A stretch of DNA of 63,696 nt, the filler included, from Reticulomyxa filosa (taxonomy: Eukaryota; Protista; Foraminifera): assembly GCA_000512085.1 (NCBI GenBank). It is 19 parts of 19 records of this genome, joined end to end, with 100 filler letters (N's around TTAATTAATTAA, not from the genome) between each part and the next. Parts side by side here need not be neighbours in the genome. Positions count along the whole stretch, not along the records: positions 1 to 18,126 come from ASPP01021860.1; positions 18,227 to 23,658 come from ASPP01011606.1; positions 23,759 to 24,791 come from ASPP01037741.1; positions 24,892 to 28,967 come from ASPP01018666.1; 15 more parts are not named here. One strand, 5' to 3'. Made by a program: the position numbers and the translations under genes. The first letter of the stretch is position 1. Every line of letters begins with the position of its first letter. Under the pieces are notes generated by a model that was not told the DNA's origin, made no database searches, and saw only the letters and a list, made by a program, of their open reading frames with translations. This document shows, one piece after another, positions 12,207 to 24,964 of this stretch.

Positions 12207-13499
12207 TTACATAATATCGCAAGAACAAACAGTAGATTGCTTTTGTTGATTATTGTCAGTAGATAAAGTGTTATTGTCAACAGTTTTTTTGTTATCGTGG
12301 AGTTGTTCAAATTGTTTTAAAATATCACTCCATTGAGATAAAACAGCAGACAATTTGTTATCAATAGTTTCTCTTACACGAATTTGATCCGATTTAGTAA
12401 TATCAGATTTTTCTCCATACAAAATAGATTTGTCATCAACCCAATGATAAAAACCAGAACCAGTGGTTAAAGCAAAAGGATTAAGTTCAATAATTTTGAC
12501 TTGTTTCGTGGTCAAATCAACATTTAAATCAAGGATGCAATCGTCAACAGGTAAGATATATTGTTTGTCTCGAAATAATTCGGTTTGGAAAAATTGTTGA
12601 ATTAAATCCAGAATTTCCAATTTATTTTTGGCAATTTGCTCAAAGAGACAATGTGGAAAATACTGTGTCACTGCAGTAATTTTACGATTATAAACAAAAC
12701 ATCGAAATTCATTTTGAATTGGAATAAATTCAAACTTCCTTATCACCAAATACAATTGCCAACCTCCATTTTCTTCTGTCAACAAATGCTTATGCGTCAC
12801 CAGCCTTCGAATATCACTCACACAACGATTGCTATATGATAAAAGGTCCAATATCTCCTCCAATGTTGATACACACATCACTTTTGAAAAGCATTCATGC
12901 AATCCAATGAGTCTATTATACATACATATAAATATAAATATACTTATATTTATATTTTTTTAATTGAGTTGGAAAAACCTTTGATTTAAATCTTGATATA
13001 TCTCCCAATCTTTTTCATCATTACAAAATCGATCAGTAAGCAGCTCCATGAGTTTTGGTATGAATGGAGGCTTATCAACAGCATCTTTAGGACTTCTTGT
13101 AGACAGTCGAATAAAGTACTTGCCATGATTGATGTTTTCTTTCTTTGAATACTTATTTTCGTTTTCTTTTTCATTTTGTTCTTTATTATCAACTTGCTTT
13201 TCATCTTTGGCTTCCAACTGCTTTAATGCATCGGTAATTTTTTCCTTCAATTTTTTGAAATGCAAGGTAGATTCATCTTGCTCATCTACTTTTCCTTGAC
13301 GAAAATATTGTCTCAATGCTTCTGCTTCATCCATTGTTATATACACAAACTCTGTTGGATAAGTGAAAGGTTTGATGTACTCATAATAATTATGCATTTC
13401 AACCTCTCTTCGTTGGAGTAGCATTTCTTTTGCTTTCTCTTCACTCTCAGTGGGGAAAGTGCCATCATCGGCATAATACATTGTGTAAACGCCGGTCAT
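12207..13499 (-). CDS. Cdc123/D123-like (R2K clade) ATP-grasp protein
   Basis: YFIRLSTRSPKDA, EFRCFVYNRKITAVTQY and IIELNPF motifs; intron 12913-12978; ends in CSCDIM. Confidence 0.88.
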
Positions 13500-14554
13500 T
13501 ACTTGCACTAGTTTTTGCACGACAAACAAATTGTATTTGCTCCTTTGGCGCTCAACTAAAAACTAAGACATTTTTTCCAATTGTATTGCTTTGCCGTATA
13601 ATATACTCACAAAAAAATGTGCATTCAAACAGTATTTAACAATATTTAGATGTCATAATTTCAAATTCGTAGTCAATGCTTACAGTGTGTAATGTAGAAA
13701 TTATGTTTGTTTTTGTATTAAAAAATAAACATGTTATAGATTGTAAAAAAAAACTGAATTTTCAAAAAAATTATTAATGACTTACCACAAGTGGTATCCC
13801 CCTAAATTTCTTTTTTTTTTTTCCTTTTTTTTTTTAAAAATATTCGACGCTAAGTTGCAGACTTTGTGTTGCAGCAAGTACAGAAAGAGTAGCAGCCTCG
13901 AGAACGGAACCATTTAGTTGCTTTCAAAGTAATAACTTTTGTTACTCCTGCCAAGAACAAAACTTCACGTGTCCACGATAAAATTGTTCTAAATGTTATT
14001 GTCTCAATAACTTGTGTTGAGTGAGCATGTTGGAATACGTGTTTTTTCTTTGTAAAAAATATTGACAACGAGTTTTTAATTAAACGTGATTTAAGCTATT
14101 TGATGATATCATTCGGGTATTCGCAAAAAAAAAAGCGACCAAAAACTTTATTTACTGTAAATTGGCAACAAAGACCCAATAAAATACTATTTTGCAAATG
14201 CCGTGCTACACACGGATGTCTCAGCACATAAACCACATCACAAAATGTTTGTGTGAATGTGTGCTAATACCAATTGATAATATCCTCTGAGTGCCCAGGG
14301 TTTTTCAAAAAAAAAACAAGACGAAAAAATTATGTTGTATTTGATACGTATATTTGATTAAAATTTTTTGTTCGTGTATACAAAACAAAAAAAAGCAAAG
14401 TGCAAATTATAGATTCTTTTAAAATGTTCCAGTTCGTTGGTAAATTCATGAGAAAATGCTTCCTTGTTATCTTTTCAGAACAAATCCATAATAAGCTACA
14501 CGATCTTTGGCTTGTCAGCAAAATTTCTTCAACATTGGCACTTTCTCTTTTGCC

Positions 14555-15025
14555 ATGCAGAACGAGTTCGCGTACACAGTGCGAAGGGAGCGACATGAAA
14601 CAATTATTGAACTTCCAAAACACAAAGCAATGACAGATAGTGGCTCGCTTTTGGTAAGAACATATACGCCAACCCAACAAAAATTGCTGGATAAATACCA
14701 CCGATCAGTGGCAAACTTGTCCGCGTCGACATTAGCAACACCTCCAACAGACAAGTATAATTTTGTGCTTTTGGTGAGCAATTTGTTGGGTGTAGGTTCG
14801 TTGTTGGGATACAATGTACTCGTAACGTCAAGTGATTATTTGACGAATCACTTTGGGAGTGCGATAACATTTTGGATAGTCCCTGTGTATGTTGTGCCTT
14901 CACTATCCTTTTTAATACTAATGATAAAATATGGTGAAGTATTTAGTTTCACATCTCGATTGGTGCACTCTTTTTGGACCACTGGTTCAGTTCTTTTTTT
15001 TTTTTAAAATCCTTTACTAAAAATA

Positions 15026-15056
<31 letters not shown>

Positions 15057-16841
15057 ATTATTCCTAATGGCATTTCCAGTGCTGTGTCAGTCTCTTAGTG
15101 AAATGGGTGGGTACATTGTGACCTTAGCATTGGCAGTATGGATCGGCATGACATCGTCGATAATCCAAGGAACTGCGTTAGGCTTTACGGCGTTGTTGCA
15201 ACCCAAGTACGCCCAAGTGTGTGTGTCAGGACAAGCATTGGCGGGCATTATTGCGTGCGTTATCCGCATCATAACGAAGGCAGCGATGTCAGGGAGCACA
15301 AAGAAAATCAACCAAGGGGGCCTTGTCTATTACATAATCGGTGGAGTAGTAAGCCTTGTTTGTGCTGTTTTGTTCGTCATCGCTTTTCGAACTGCCTTTG
15401 TTCAGCACCGCTTGAGCGAATATTTCGTACGTTGGTATCGTCAACAATTGAAACTGAGTGGGAGTTTGGTGTACGTTGTTCTCTTTCTTGTTTTCCGTTC
15501 ACACACACAACTAACAGTAAATGTTCTTTCCTTCTTTTGTGAGGTCGCAAGTAAAACAAAACAAGCAATCACAATAATGACAATATAATCATAATAAATA
15601 ATAAATAATAAATAATAAATAATAAATTACAAGTTGATGAAACCGATGACATGGTCAGCTCTGGTGCGAAATCAATTGAACCGGTAGATGCTACCAATAC
15701 AACTGAAAATACGACGACACGTGTGCAAACAATGGTGACAGTGAAAAGCAAACAAAAAACGAAAGACGGAAAAGCGTATACGGATTTGAAGAATGAAAGC
15801 GATGACGAAGCCGAGAACGCCAAAGACAAAACAAACACCAAAATGGACGACCCGGAGATCAATGGTCAGTCTGAACTTCTGGTAAACAGCCTCACTGAGT
15901 CCAATGTCGACAATCCCGCTTACAGCTTGGATAAGACTCTTGATGCTTCTATTTCTAAAACTAATGTAAACACAGATATACCTTATGACATACGTTGAAC
16001 ACTCAAACATTACACGCTATTTACGTATACTACAAGAGATAAAAATAATCGTATACGTGTATATATAATATGCATGTATATATGTACATATGAATATAGC
16101 ATGCGTCAAAAATTCTTCAACAGACCAGAAATTTAGGAAGTGGGTTCATTGATGTGCCAAAAGAAATAAAACACAAGCAACAACAGACATCTTATCTCTT
16201 GGTCTTTCATAAAGTTAAATTTATTGCCGTTGCCGTATTTTTGGTATTGTTCATTACATTTCTAATGTTCCCAGGTGCTTCTTGGCTTCTCTGTTGTTAT
16301 TACTACTTCCACTCTCTTACATTGTATACACATATATGCATTTATATAGTGATGTATCTCTTCCGAAGCTGAAAAAACAAAAGCAACAAAAAAACGGCAT
16401 TTTTACTATAACATACACAAAGGATTGGTGGTTGGAATACAATCTCAATACTCGAGTGTCAATGATAACGATTGGATGCCGGTAATAATGGTGACGGTAT
16501 ACAATCTGGGCGATTACTTTGGCAGACAGTTTTTGGCGAGCTGGACTTCCTTTGGCTTCACTCCCAAAACCTTGTGGATCGGGTGTATTTGGAGGTTTTG
16601 GATGTATCCTGTATTTTTAATCATGTACAATGGTTGGTGGAATAATGACATTGCTGCCTGTTTGATTATGTTTGTATTTTCTGCCTCCAATGGGCATTTT
16701 TGTTGTTTATGCTTCATTTGGGCCAACCAAATCGTTGAACCTTTTGAAAAAGAACTAACTCTTAACCTCATGACTTTTGCACTTGTTTTTGGCATTTCTG
16801 TGGGATCTTTCATGGCCTTAGCCATCTCTGAGTTGTTGTAA
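14555..16841 (+). CDS. Equilibrative nucleoside transporter (ENT/SLC29), multi-exon
   Basis: LLGVGSLLGYN, SGQALAG, FITFLMFPG, YNLGDYFGR and FSASNGHF motifs; large cytosolic loop at about 15630-15995. Confidence 0.92.
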
Positions 16842-17230
16842 AAACTTATAAATAGCTACTTGCTTATGTTTTAAGTTTGTAATTTTTTTATTATTGCTAT
16901 TATTCTTTTTCCACGATATGTGTTACACTGAACATCTTGTGGATTATCCGACAATTTTCTTCCAGTTTTTCCTCTGAAAAAGCCCAAAGGGTAAGTAAAC
17001 TGGACAAAATACCTTTTGGCATGTTGTTTGTTTATTTGCTTGATCTAAATTTTAAACTTTTGAAGGAGCAATACATATTGAGTTTACTATACATGTCGAA
17101 GAATAAAAATTTTACGTTTCAAATATAAGCTGGATTATATAATTTTATGTTTGCAATTACTTGTATTTTTGTTTTAGGTTATCACTGGGAATACAATTTA
17201 AACAAAACTTTATTACGTTCCCAAAAAAAC

Positions 17231-18042
17231 TCAGTTTTTCTTCCACCACCGAAATTTTGTGGATTTTTGTTGAGTTGGAGTATCTGTGGACGGTGTGGGT
17301 TGTGTAGACGAGACAGTGGGAGGAGCGGTGGGATTTGTGGCATTATTATCTTTGGAGTTGAAAATGGGAAGAGTGTCTAGAGCAGCAAAAGCTTGAGTGA
17401 AATCGTGAATTAAATCTTGAACATTTTCCAACCCCACGGAAAATCTTAACAATCGTGAATCCTCCTGTTCGTCAAATCGGATCCTCAAATCGATACTACT
17501 CTGAACGCCTCCAAACGACGTTGCATACGCAATATACTTTAACTTTTTCGGTAAAATTTGAGAAACTTGATCATTGGAACAGACAATAGAAATGATTCCA
17601 GGATGCAATGTCATCTTTTTTTCTTTTTTCTCTTTGTCATCCTCTTTTGCTTCACTCCCACGCTCATTAGCATGCAATTGTGCAAACAACGTATACAAAT
17701 GGTCTTGTTCAAAGTACTTGATGGCATTGTGATGAAACGGATGTGACTCTAAAAACGTGTGGTATACTCTGTTGATGTATTTACTGTTTTTTTCATTGCT
17801 CAAAAAAGTCGCCAAAATGCAAGCATTCATGGAGTGCGTACGGATCCTGGACTGCAAAGAACGTATACTGCGAAGTAGTAACCAACACTCCAAGTTTCCG
17901 ATTACATTCCCATGTCGTGTTCGTTGCATCTTCAGTCCATAGCCATCTGCACGCAGTCGTTCTGGTAACACCAAATAGCCTGCGCACAAGTCGTGATGTC
18001 CTCCCACAAATTTTGTTGCCGTTTGATAGATTATATCCGCTC
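17231..18042 (-). CDS. PLP-dependent Cys/Met metabolism enzyme (cystathionine gamma-lyase/synthase family), 5' partial
   Basis: GADIIYQTATKFVGGHHDLCAG (PLP lysine motif), ATSFGGVQS and LLRFSVGLENVQDLIHD. Confidence 0.9.
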
Positions 18043-18086
18043 CTTTGATTATTTGAGAGATTCTTCATTATCATTATTACCGTCAC

Positions 18087-18126
<40 letters not shown>

Positions 18127-18226
18127 NNNNNNNNNNNNNNNNNNNNNNNNNNNNNNNNNNNNNNNNNNNNTTAATTAATTAANNNNNNNNNNNNNNNNNN
18201 NNNNNNNNNNNNNNNNNNNNNNNNNN
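18127..18226. other. Artificial contig spacer (44N-TTAATTAATTAA-44N), first of 18
   Basis: Identical 100-bp spacers with stops in all six frames start at 18127, 23659, 24792, 28968, 30455, 32507, 33792, 35489, 36639, 38203, 39958, 42818, 46822, 48337, 51651, 53392, 54617 and 61788. Confidence 0.99.
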
Positions 18227-18272
18227 AAAAAAAAAAAAAATTAACGTATACGTATACGTAAGATCTCCAAAC

Positions 18273-19132
18273 CTTACAATGTCGGCAGAAATGATCTGTG
18301 TGATAATGGCCTCGGGCAATCGACAGAAAAGACGTGAAGTGATGATTTGTGTCAAAAGCGTGGGGTTATGAAAAAGACCATAATCTTTGTGACAGACGAT
18401 ATTGTCAATGGCCTCTTTCATTCCGTATTTGTATGCGTCGTGAATGACCTGAATGAATACGTCGATCAGTTGAATGTTTTCGCTGCAATTGCGCAACAGC
18501 TTTTCGATGAACAGCAAACACTCTTCTTTCAACGCTTCGATCATATATTTATGCGACGCATACAACACGCCGCTAATGATGCTCGTCGTCAACGGCGCCT
18601 CAAACCCGTAAAACAGCTTCATCAAATACTCAAACACTTGGCACTCCAAATCTTCGATCACCACCTGCTTCAGTCGCATTGCACACAATTGTCCTCCATC
18701 CCAACCTACTTCAGAGTCCAAAGGTGACTCATCCAATCCCTTCTCGTTCTCATTGTCATTGTCATTATCATTGTCATTGCCATTGCCATTGTCGTTGAAT
18801 GTGTAAGGCACACTTTGAGACTCTTGCATGTGCCCGAATAATAGCTTCTCAAATACTTTACTATGAATCGCAAACAATGCACTCAATCCGAAATATTTGC
18901 GACGCTGGCTTCGACTTGTACCTACTATAAACACCACGTCGTAATACGATTTGTTGCATTTGTTCTCTAACAACGTTCTCAAGTTGTCCGAAAAAAATGA
19001 CAGGCATTTCAGTCGATGCTCTGAATTAACACCATTATTTGACCCTTGTGGTGAGGGGAGAGTAGAGCACGTTGGCCACAACTGCGACACATTACTAACA
19101 TCACCGGAATATTCTCGCGAAGAAGTCGTCAT
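18273..19132 (-). CDS. BTB/POZ (BTB-BACK) domain protein, 3' partial
   Basis: YDVVFIVG...LFAIHSKVFEKLLFGHMQES...VVIEDLECQVFEYLMKLFY...VLYASHKYMIEALKEEC. Confidence 0.9.
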
Positions 19133-19653
19133 CTTATTATTTTTATTTTGCCTTTTTTTTAAAAAAACAGTGTTCCCTTCTCTTTTAAGATACTTTCTTT
19201 TTTTTAACGCCTAAAAACTACACTTCCAACATCACTTGCAAATACGTAGTTTGCTTGTATAGTTTTAGACCGAAAACTACAACTCAAGTGAACAAGTTCT
19301 TAATCTTTTTTGTTAGGTTTAAATTTCAAAAGAAACAGCTCATATCTTTGCCTTTGCTGTGAACATAAGATATTTTTTTAATTAAATATTGCAAGTTTTT
19401 GCTTTTATATTTACAAATCAGTTTCACAAAAATATTAAAAGACGAAACTTTATAAATAACATTAAATTACTTTTCCGTACATTTAATCATTGTACATTAA
19501 ATAGTTGAGGTAGTTTTCTAAGTAAACTGTGCAACTTTAATGGACCACTCTTAAACTAACGAAACGGTCGCGCAAAGACGAAAAAGAAGGGGAAATAATT
19601 TTTAAAAGAAGTCAAGAACAAGGAAACCGTTTACAACGCTGTTTTAAACAATT

Positions 19654-22336
19654 ATGACAGATTGGACAGAAACTCTGAAGAAACTTGGGGCAAGAGTGTC
19701 TCAATATGACCCACGAACCAATCCAAAGGGCGCAGTTTTGGCTGGCTTGGCAGTTTCTGCAGTTACTTTTGGTGCGTTATTTCTGGCCGACGTTCAGCGG
19801 CATAGATGGTCCAAGGAGCCATTACATTACCATCATGTTGATTTTTCCAAAATTCCAAAAAGTGATGAGCCGAGAAAAAAGCCATTGAAAGACCGATTCA
19901 TTCCGGGGAAGGTAAAGAATTAAAAAAAAAAGGAAATGTTTACAAAAGGGGACAAAAAAGGAGTTTAACCAACATTTTTTTTTAAAAAAAAAAAAAGGAA
20001 CAAAAAATTCCGGAAGATATTGATTACATAATTATTGGATCCGGCCCAAGTGGTATGGTATGCGCTGCAGCATTGGCACGCTGCGGGAAACGAGTTGTTG
20101 TTTTAGAGAAACATGATCGATTGGGAGGAGGACTGCATACTTTGATAAAAGTTGATTAATTTTTTTGGACAATGTAAATTCTTTCGAAATAAAAAAAAAA
20201 AAAGTTAATACGTGTGGTGCGTATACATATCTGAAACAAACACTTGGATAACAGAATATAACTTTGACGTTGGACTGCATTATGTTGGCAAAATAAGCAA
20301 ATATGGCGATCGAATATTCAACACATTGTGCGTCGGCAAACAAGTGGAATGGATCAAACTAGGAAGTGAAAGCGACGGATACACATACGATCGTGTTGTT
20401 GTGGGAAAAGGGAAGAATACCAAAGCGTTTTTCAATAAGGCCGGTCAAATGCTCAAAGATGTTGAAGCTTCTTTGGAAACGCCCAAAGAAAAGGTTTTTT
20501 TTTCTATCCTCACATACCCCTTTTTTATACTTTGTGTGTATAAATAGTTATAATTTTCTTTATACTTCCTCCCTCTTTTGCCAAAACAGCAGGGAAAAAT
20601 AGTGGGAGGGGTTGTCGGTGGTCAACTCATGGACATGCCGTCTATGTCAAAAATAATAATCCAAAAATGATGACGTATACTTACCTAAAAAAAAAAAGTA
20701 TTTACGTTAAAACGTATACACAAATAGAAAGCATTCAAGGAATTTATGCAATTACAAGACGAATCGGAAACAGTGATGAAACTAGTGTTTGGAGGAAGAC
20801 TATTGCTGAACGGAACACTAGGTCGATTATGGTATCGGTTGTGTTCATGGATGTATCCACGTGTATGGAACAAAACAATCGCGCAAGTGATGGCACAGCT
20901 GTTTGACAACAGTAGTGCAGAGATGATATTCCGAATGACTGGAAATTTGGGCGACCTCGGAGGAAACTACGCTCAAACGCCATTTACACTGTTGCCACTT
21001 TTGATTCACCATTACAATGATGAAGGCGGATACTATCCCAAAGGAGGGCCCAATTCCGTCATTGCTGCTTTGATCCCTGCCATTGAAAAAACAGGCGGGA
21101 GATGTTTAGCCAGGTTAATTTTTTTTGTTGTAATTAAAAATGTACATAAATACCGCACCCTTTTTTTTGTAAGACACTTATTTATTTTTTTTTAATTATG
21201 GATTTTAAAAAAAAAATAGTGCGGAAGTGAAGCGAATAATATTTGAAAATGATCGTGCGGTTGGCGTGGTGGTGGAAAAGAACAACAATGAATATGAGAT
21301 TCGTTGCCGCAGCGGTGTAATATCTTCGGCCGGGGTTAGAAACACGTATTTGAAAATGGCGCCTTTGAAGGACTTGCCATCTATTACACCAAAGTGGTTT
21401 TTGGATGGAATGGGCAAAATATTGGCAGAAATTCCACCCTCAACCCAACATTTCCAAGTGTTCCTTGGGTTGAACAAATCCCAAAAAGAATTGAACTTAC
21501 CTAAGTATAATACGTGGTGCTATCCATTCGATTTGGATACTCATCCTCTCACCTTACATTCCTACGATGAACAGTTGGAAACTTTTCATCGAGATCCTAT
21601 CAATGGTCCTCCTCTTGCTTTTATTGGATTCCCTTCTGCAAAGGATCCAGGTTTACTTTGCATTTTGCTGTTTATTTGTTTTTAAATTGACGTTGCAAGA
21701 TTTTGGATATATTGGTGTTTTCTTTATTTTTACGCTTAGATTATGAAAACAGACATCCCGGCCGATCTGTGTGTGTGATTGCGGCAGAAACACCACTTTA
21801 CCACTTTCAGAAGTACGCCAACTTAGCCCCTGGCGCTCGTGGCGAAGAATATGAGGCTTTGAAAAAAAAATTGGAATGCGATTGGTTGATGTGGTGCTTG
21901 AGTTTTGTCATTTAGTTTTTGTTTTCTAAAAAAAAATTTGAACATTTATTTCTAAAAAAAAAATGGAACGGATAGACTCCATCCCCAATTGAAAGGTGCT
22001 ATCGACAAAATTGAAATTGGTACCCCATTGACCAGTATGCATTACTTTGGATCAGTCATGGGAGAGTCGTATGGATTGGATTCTTCGTTAAATCGTTTCT
22101 TTAATTTTGACTTCAGTCACTGTTTGCGTCCCAAACAACCCATCCCTGGCCTCTATCTTGCTGGGCAAGACACTGCCTTGTGGGGATTTACTGGTGGTAT
22201 GGTTTCTGGAATTCAAACTGCTGAAGCTATTTTGGGATATCACAGATGGCCTGTTATCTTGGCGAAACGAACCCTAATTCGTGACTTGAAAAAAATGGAC
22301 GGAGTTCCGACTGATGACAGAGATTTGCTGCCTTAA
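19654..22336 (+). CDS. FAD-dependent oxidoreductase, all-trans-retinol 13,14-reductase (RETSAT)/phytoene desaturase family, about 7 exons, two apparent frameshifts
   Basis: N-terminal TM helix, DYIIIGSGPSG Rossmann motif, VVVLEKHDRLGGGLHT, FDVGLHYVG, GGYYPKGG, FIGFPSAKDP, GTPLTSMHY and IPGLYLAGQD. Confidence 0.9.
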
Positions 22337-22608
22337 ACATAACATTCTTTTTTTTTATTCCTATCTACCAAAATTTTTTATTTGTTGTGTCTTTGTTACA
22401 CTTTCTTCTTCGATCAAGTTAGTTGTTATTATCTTTTTTTAGTTTATAATGTAACAATAACAACATACTCCATTTACAACTTTATTCTAAAAATAATAAT
22501 TCCTTGACCGGTCATGAAATTTTTTGAAATTTTTAATTTGAATATACTTGAAAAAAAGAAATTACTATTTAAATCAAAATATTGAGTATTATACCTAAAA
22601 ATAAAAAG

Positions 22609-23620
22609 TTAATCCACATCAACCATCAATTCATCTTTTTGGTCTGTTGTAAGAACAGAAGAACTATCTCTAGTTTGATTGGGGCTACATAGTGTCAGTT
22701 GATAAGTTTGCCACCATTCGGCAAACTCTTGGATATTGTCATTTTGGATATGTTCTCTAATGGCATCGACAAATTGCAAATACCGGTGGATATTGTGACT
22801 ATTGGTCATGGCATATGTCAAAAGTGAAAATGAAAAATCAACAAGTCGGTTACATACAAAAAGACGCAAACAAAACATTTGCAATAAAATATGAGCATTC
22901 ATTTCATGGGTATTGAACAAGTGCCGAATGTACGCACGAGAATGTCTTTGGCAGGTAAAACACGAGCACTGGCTCAGCAAGGGAGCCGAGTCCTGGGCAA
23001 AAGACAAATCTCGAATGCATATTTTATCAATTTTTGGGTCCCAATTTTTTTGAGTGGCAAGCGTTTTCATATCTACCGGCGATATTGCATTTGTCATCGC
23101 AAGCCCTTGTTCAGTCAATTGTGTTGGATAAGCAGATATTACAGCATCCATTCCGTTTGCAATTGCGATCCATACTTCATTCAAAGATACGCAGCCACGA
23201 ACTAGCCGAATACTTTCGCCAGGCAAATAGCTCTTTTTTTTTTTTTTGGTTCATTATATTACTAATCTATTCATCTCAACGTATAAAACCAAACACAATA
23301 AGAATGGAAGTTGACTCAAAACTGTGACAGTTTGAAAGACTTGAATTTTGCTTGCAACGAGTCTCCAAAGCCCAGTCCGCCAATGAGAAAGCCAACCGTG
23401 TTGGCATTATTTTCTGTGTTCAGCACTTTCTCCTCTTTCAGTTTGGAGAGCACATTTTTGCAACAATATTCCCTTGCCTTTTTGTCATTGCCACCTTGGA
23501 TTGTTGCTATTCGTCCACTTTTTATCTGTCATTCATTTCCACAAGAAATACCACACGTACATGAATGAACACATGCGTACACTGCATGTAATCTCTTCCA
23601 ACCTCATAAAGGATTGTTTT
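22609..23620 (-). CDS. QTRT2: Queuine tRNA-ribosyltransferase accessory subunit (QTRT2-like), 5' partial
   Basis: GFLIGGLG; GMDAVISAYP (lacks the DMFDC catalytic motif of QTRT1); zinc site CSCFTCQRHSRAYIRHL...HEM...LLQMHN. Confidence 0.8.
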
Positions 23621-23893
23621 TGATATAACATTATATCAATTTGATATATATATATATANNNNNNNNNNNNNNNNNNNNNNNNNNNNNNNNNNNNNNNNNN
23701 NNTTAATTAATTAANNNNNNNNNNNNNNNNNNNNNNNNNNNNNNNNNNNNNNNNNNNNATTGATTGTATTATTGATGGAATTGGAAATTGTCATATTACT
23801 CAGCAACTTATTCACACAAATCAATCTGATATCCGTTGCCATTTCCCTTCCCATGTTTTCACTTGCTTTTGGCCTATTGATACAAAAAAGTTA

Positions 23894-24791
23894 ATGAAAT
23901 CAGGAAAAAAGGCAAACAAAAAATACAATTCGAACAAGGCAATTCAGTTATTTCGTTTCGCACTTTGTGTCAGACTGCAAACATTACATGATTCTCATAT
24001 TGATGTTTCTTATTCTTATTTCTGGTTAGGCAAAGCATATAAGAGAAGATGTGAATATGACAAAGCAATCGAACATTATGAAAAATCTTTGAAAATTGGA
24101 TTGGATAAATTGGGATATGATCATCCTCATGTTGCTACTTTATACAACAGTTTGGGATGTGTTTATAATGACAAAGGAGAATACGATAAAGCAATTGAAT
24201 ATCATGAAAAATCATTGAAAATTAAATTGGATAAATTGGGACATGATCATCGTCGTGTTGCTACTTCATATAACAATTTGGGACTTGTTTATTGGATGAA
24301 AGGAGAATATGACAAAGCAATTGAATATCATGAAAAATCATTGAAAATTCAATTGGATAAATTGGGACATGATCATCTTCATGTTGCTACTTCATACAAC
24401 AATTTGGGGAATGTTTATAAAATCAAAGGAGAATATGACAAAGCCATTGAATATTATGAAAAAGATTTGAAAATTAGTTTGAATAAATTGGGACATGATC
24501 ATCCTAATGTTGCTACTTCATACAACAATTTAGCATATATCTATTGTGATAAACAAGAATATGACAAAGCAATGGAATTTGGAAAGAAATCATTGAGATT
24601 GAGATTGAATAAATTGGATTCTGACCATCCAGATGTTGGTGCTTCATATAGTATTTTAGGAGATATCAATTGTAAAAAAGGAAAGAAAAAGGAGGCAAGG
24701 GAGTGTTATGAAAATGCATTATCGATTTATACTCAAAAATTGAGTATAAATCATCAAAAAACAAAAGTAGTCAAATTAAAATTGAAAAATT
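23894..24791 (+). CDS. TPR protein with 42-aa kinesin-light-chain-type tandem repeats
   Basis: Repeats of DHxxVATSYNNLGxVYxxKGEYDKAIEYHEKSLKIxLDKLG with 126-bp periodicity. Confidence 0.9.
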
Positions 24792-24964
24792 NNNNNNNNN
24801 NNNNNNNNNNNNNNNNNNNNNNNNNNNNNNNNNNNTTAATTAATTAANNNNNNNNNNNNNNNNNNNNNNNNNNNNNNNNNNNNNNNNNNNNTTTTTTTAA
24901 AAAAGAAAAAAAAAAAAATTCTTTTTCTTTCAAAATACAACTAAAAAAAAAAAAAAAAAAAAAG

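Noticed and set aside
18127-18226. Regularly recurring TTAATTAATTAA flanked by N runs, as a repeat or CRISPR-like array
   Set aside because: Artificial six-frame-stop concatenation linker; ORFs containing X runs and any gene neighbourhood across linkers are artefacts.
20678-20687. ATACTTACCT, as in the U1 snRNA 5' end
   Set aside because: Lies inside an intron and is followed by poly-A, with no U1 stem-loops.
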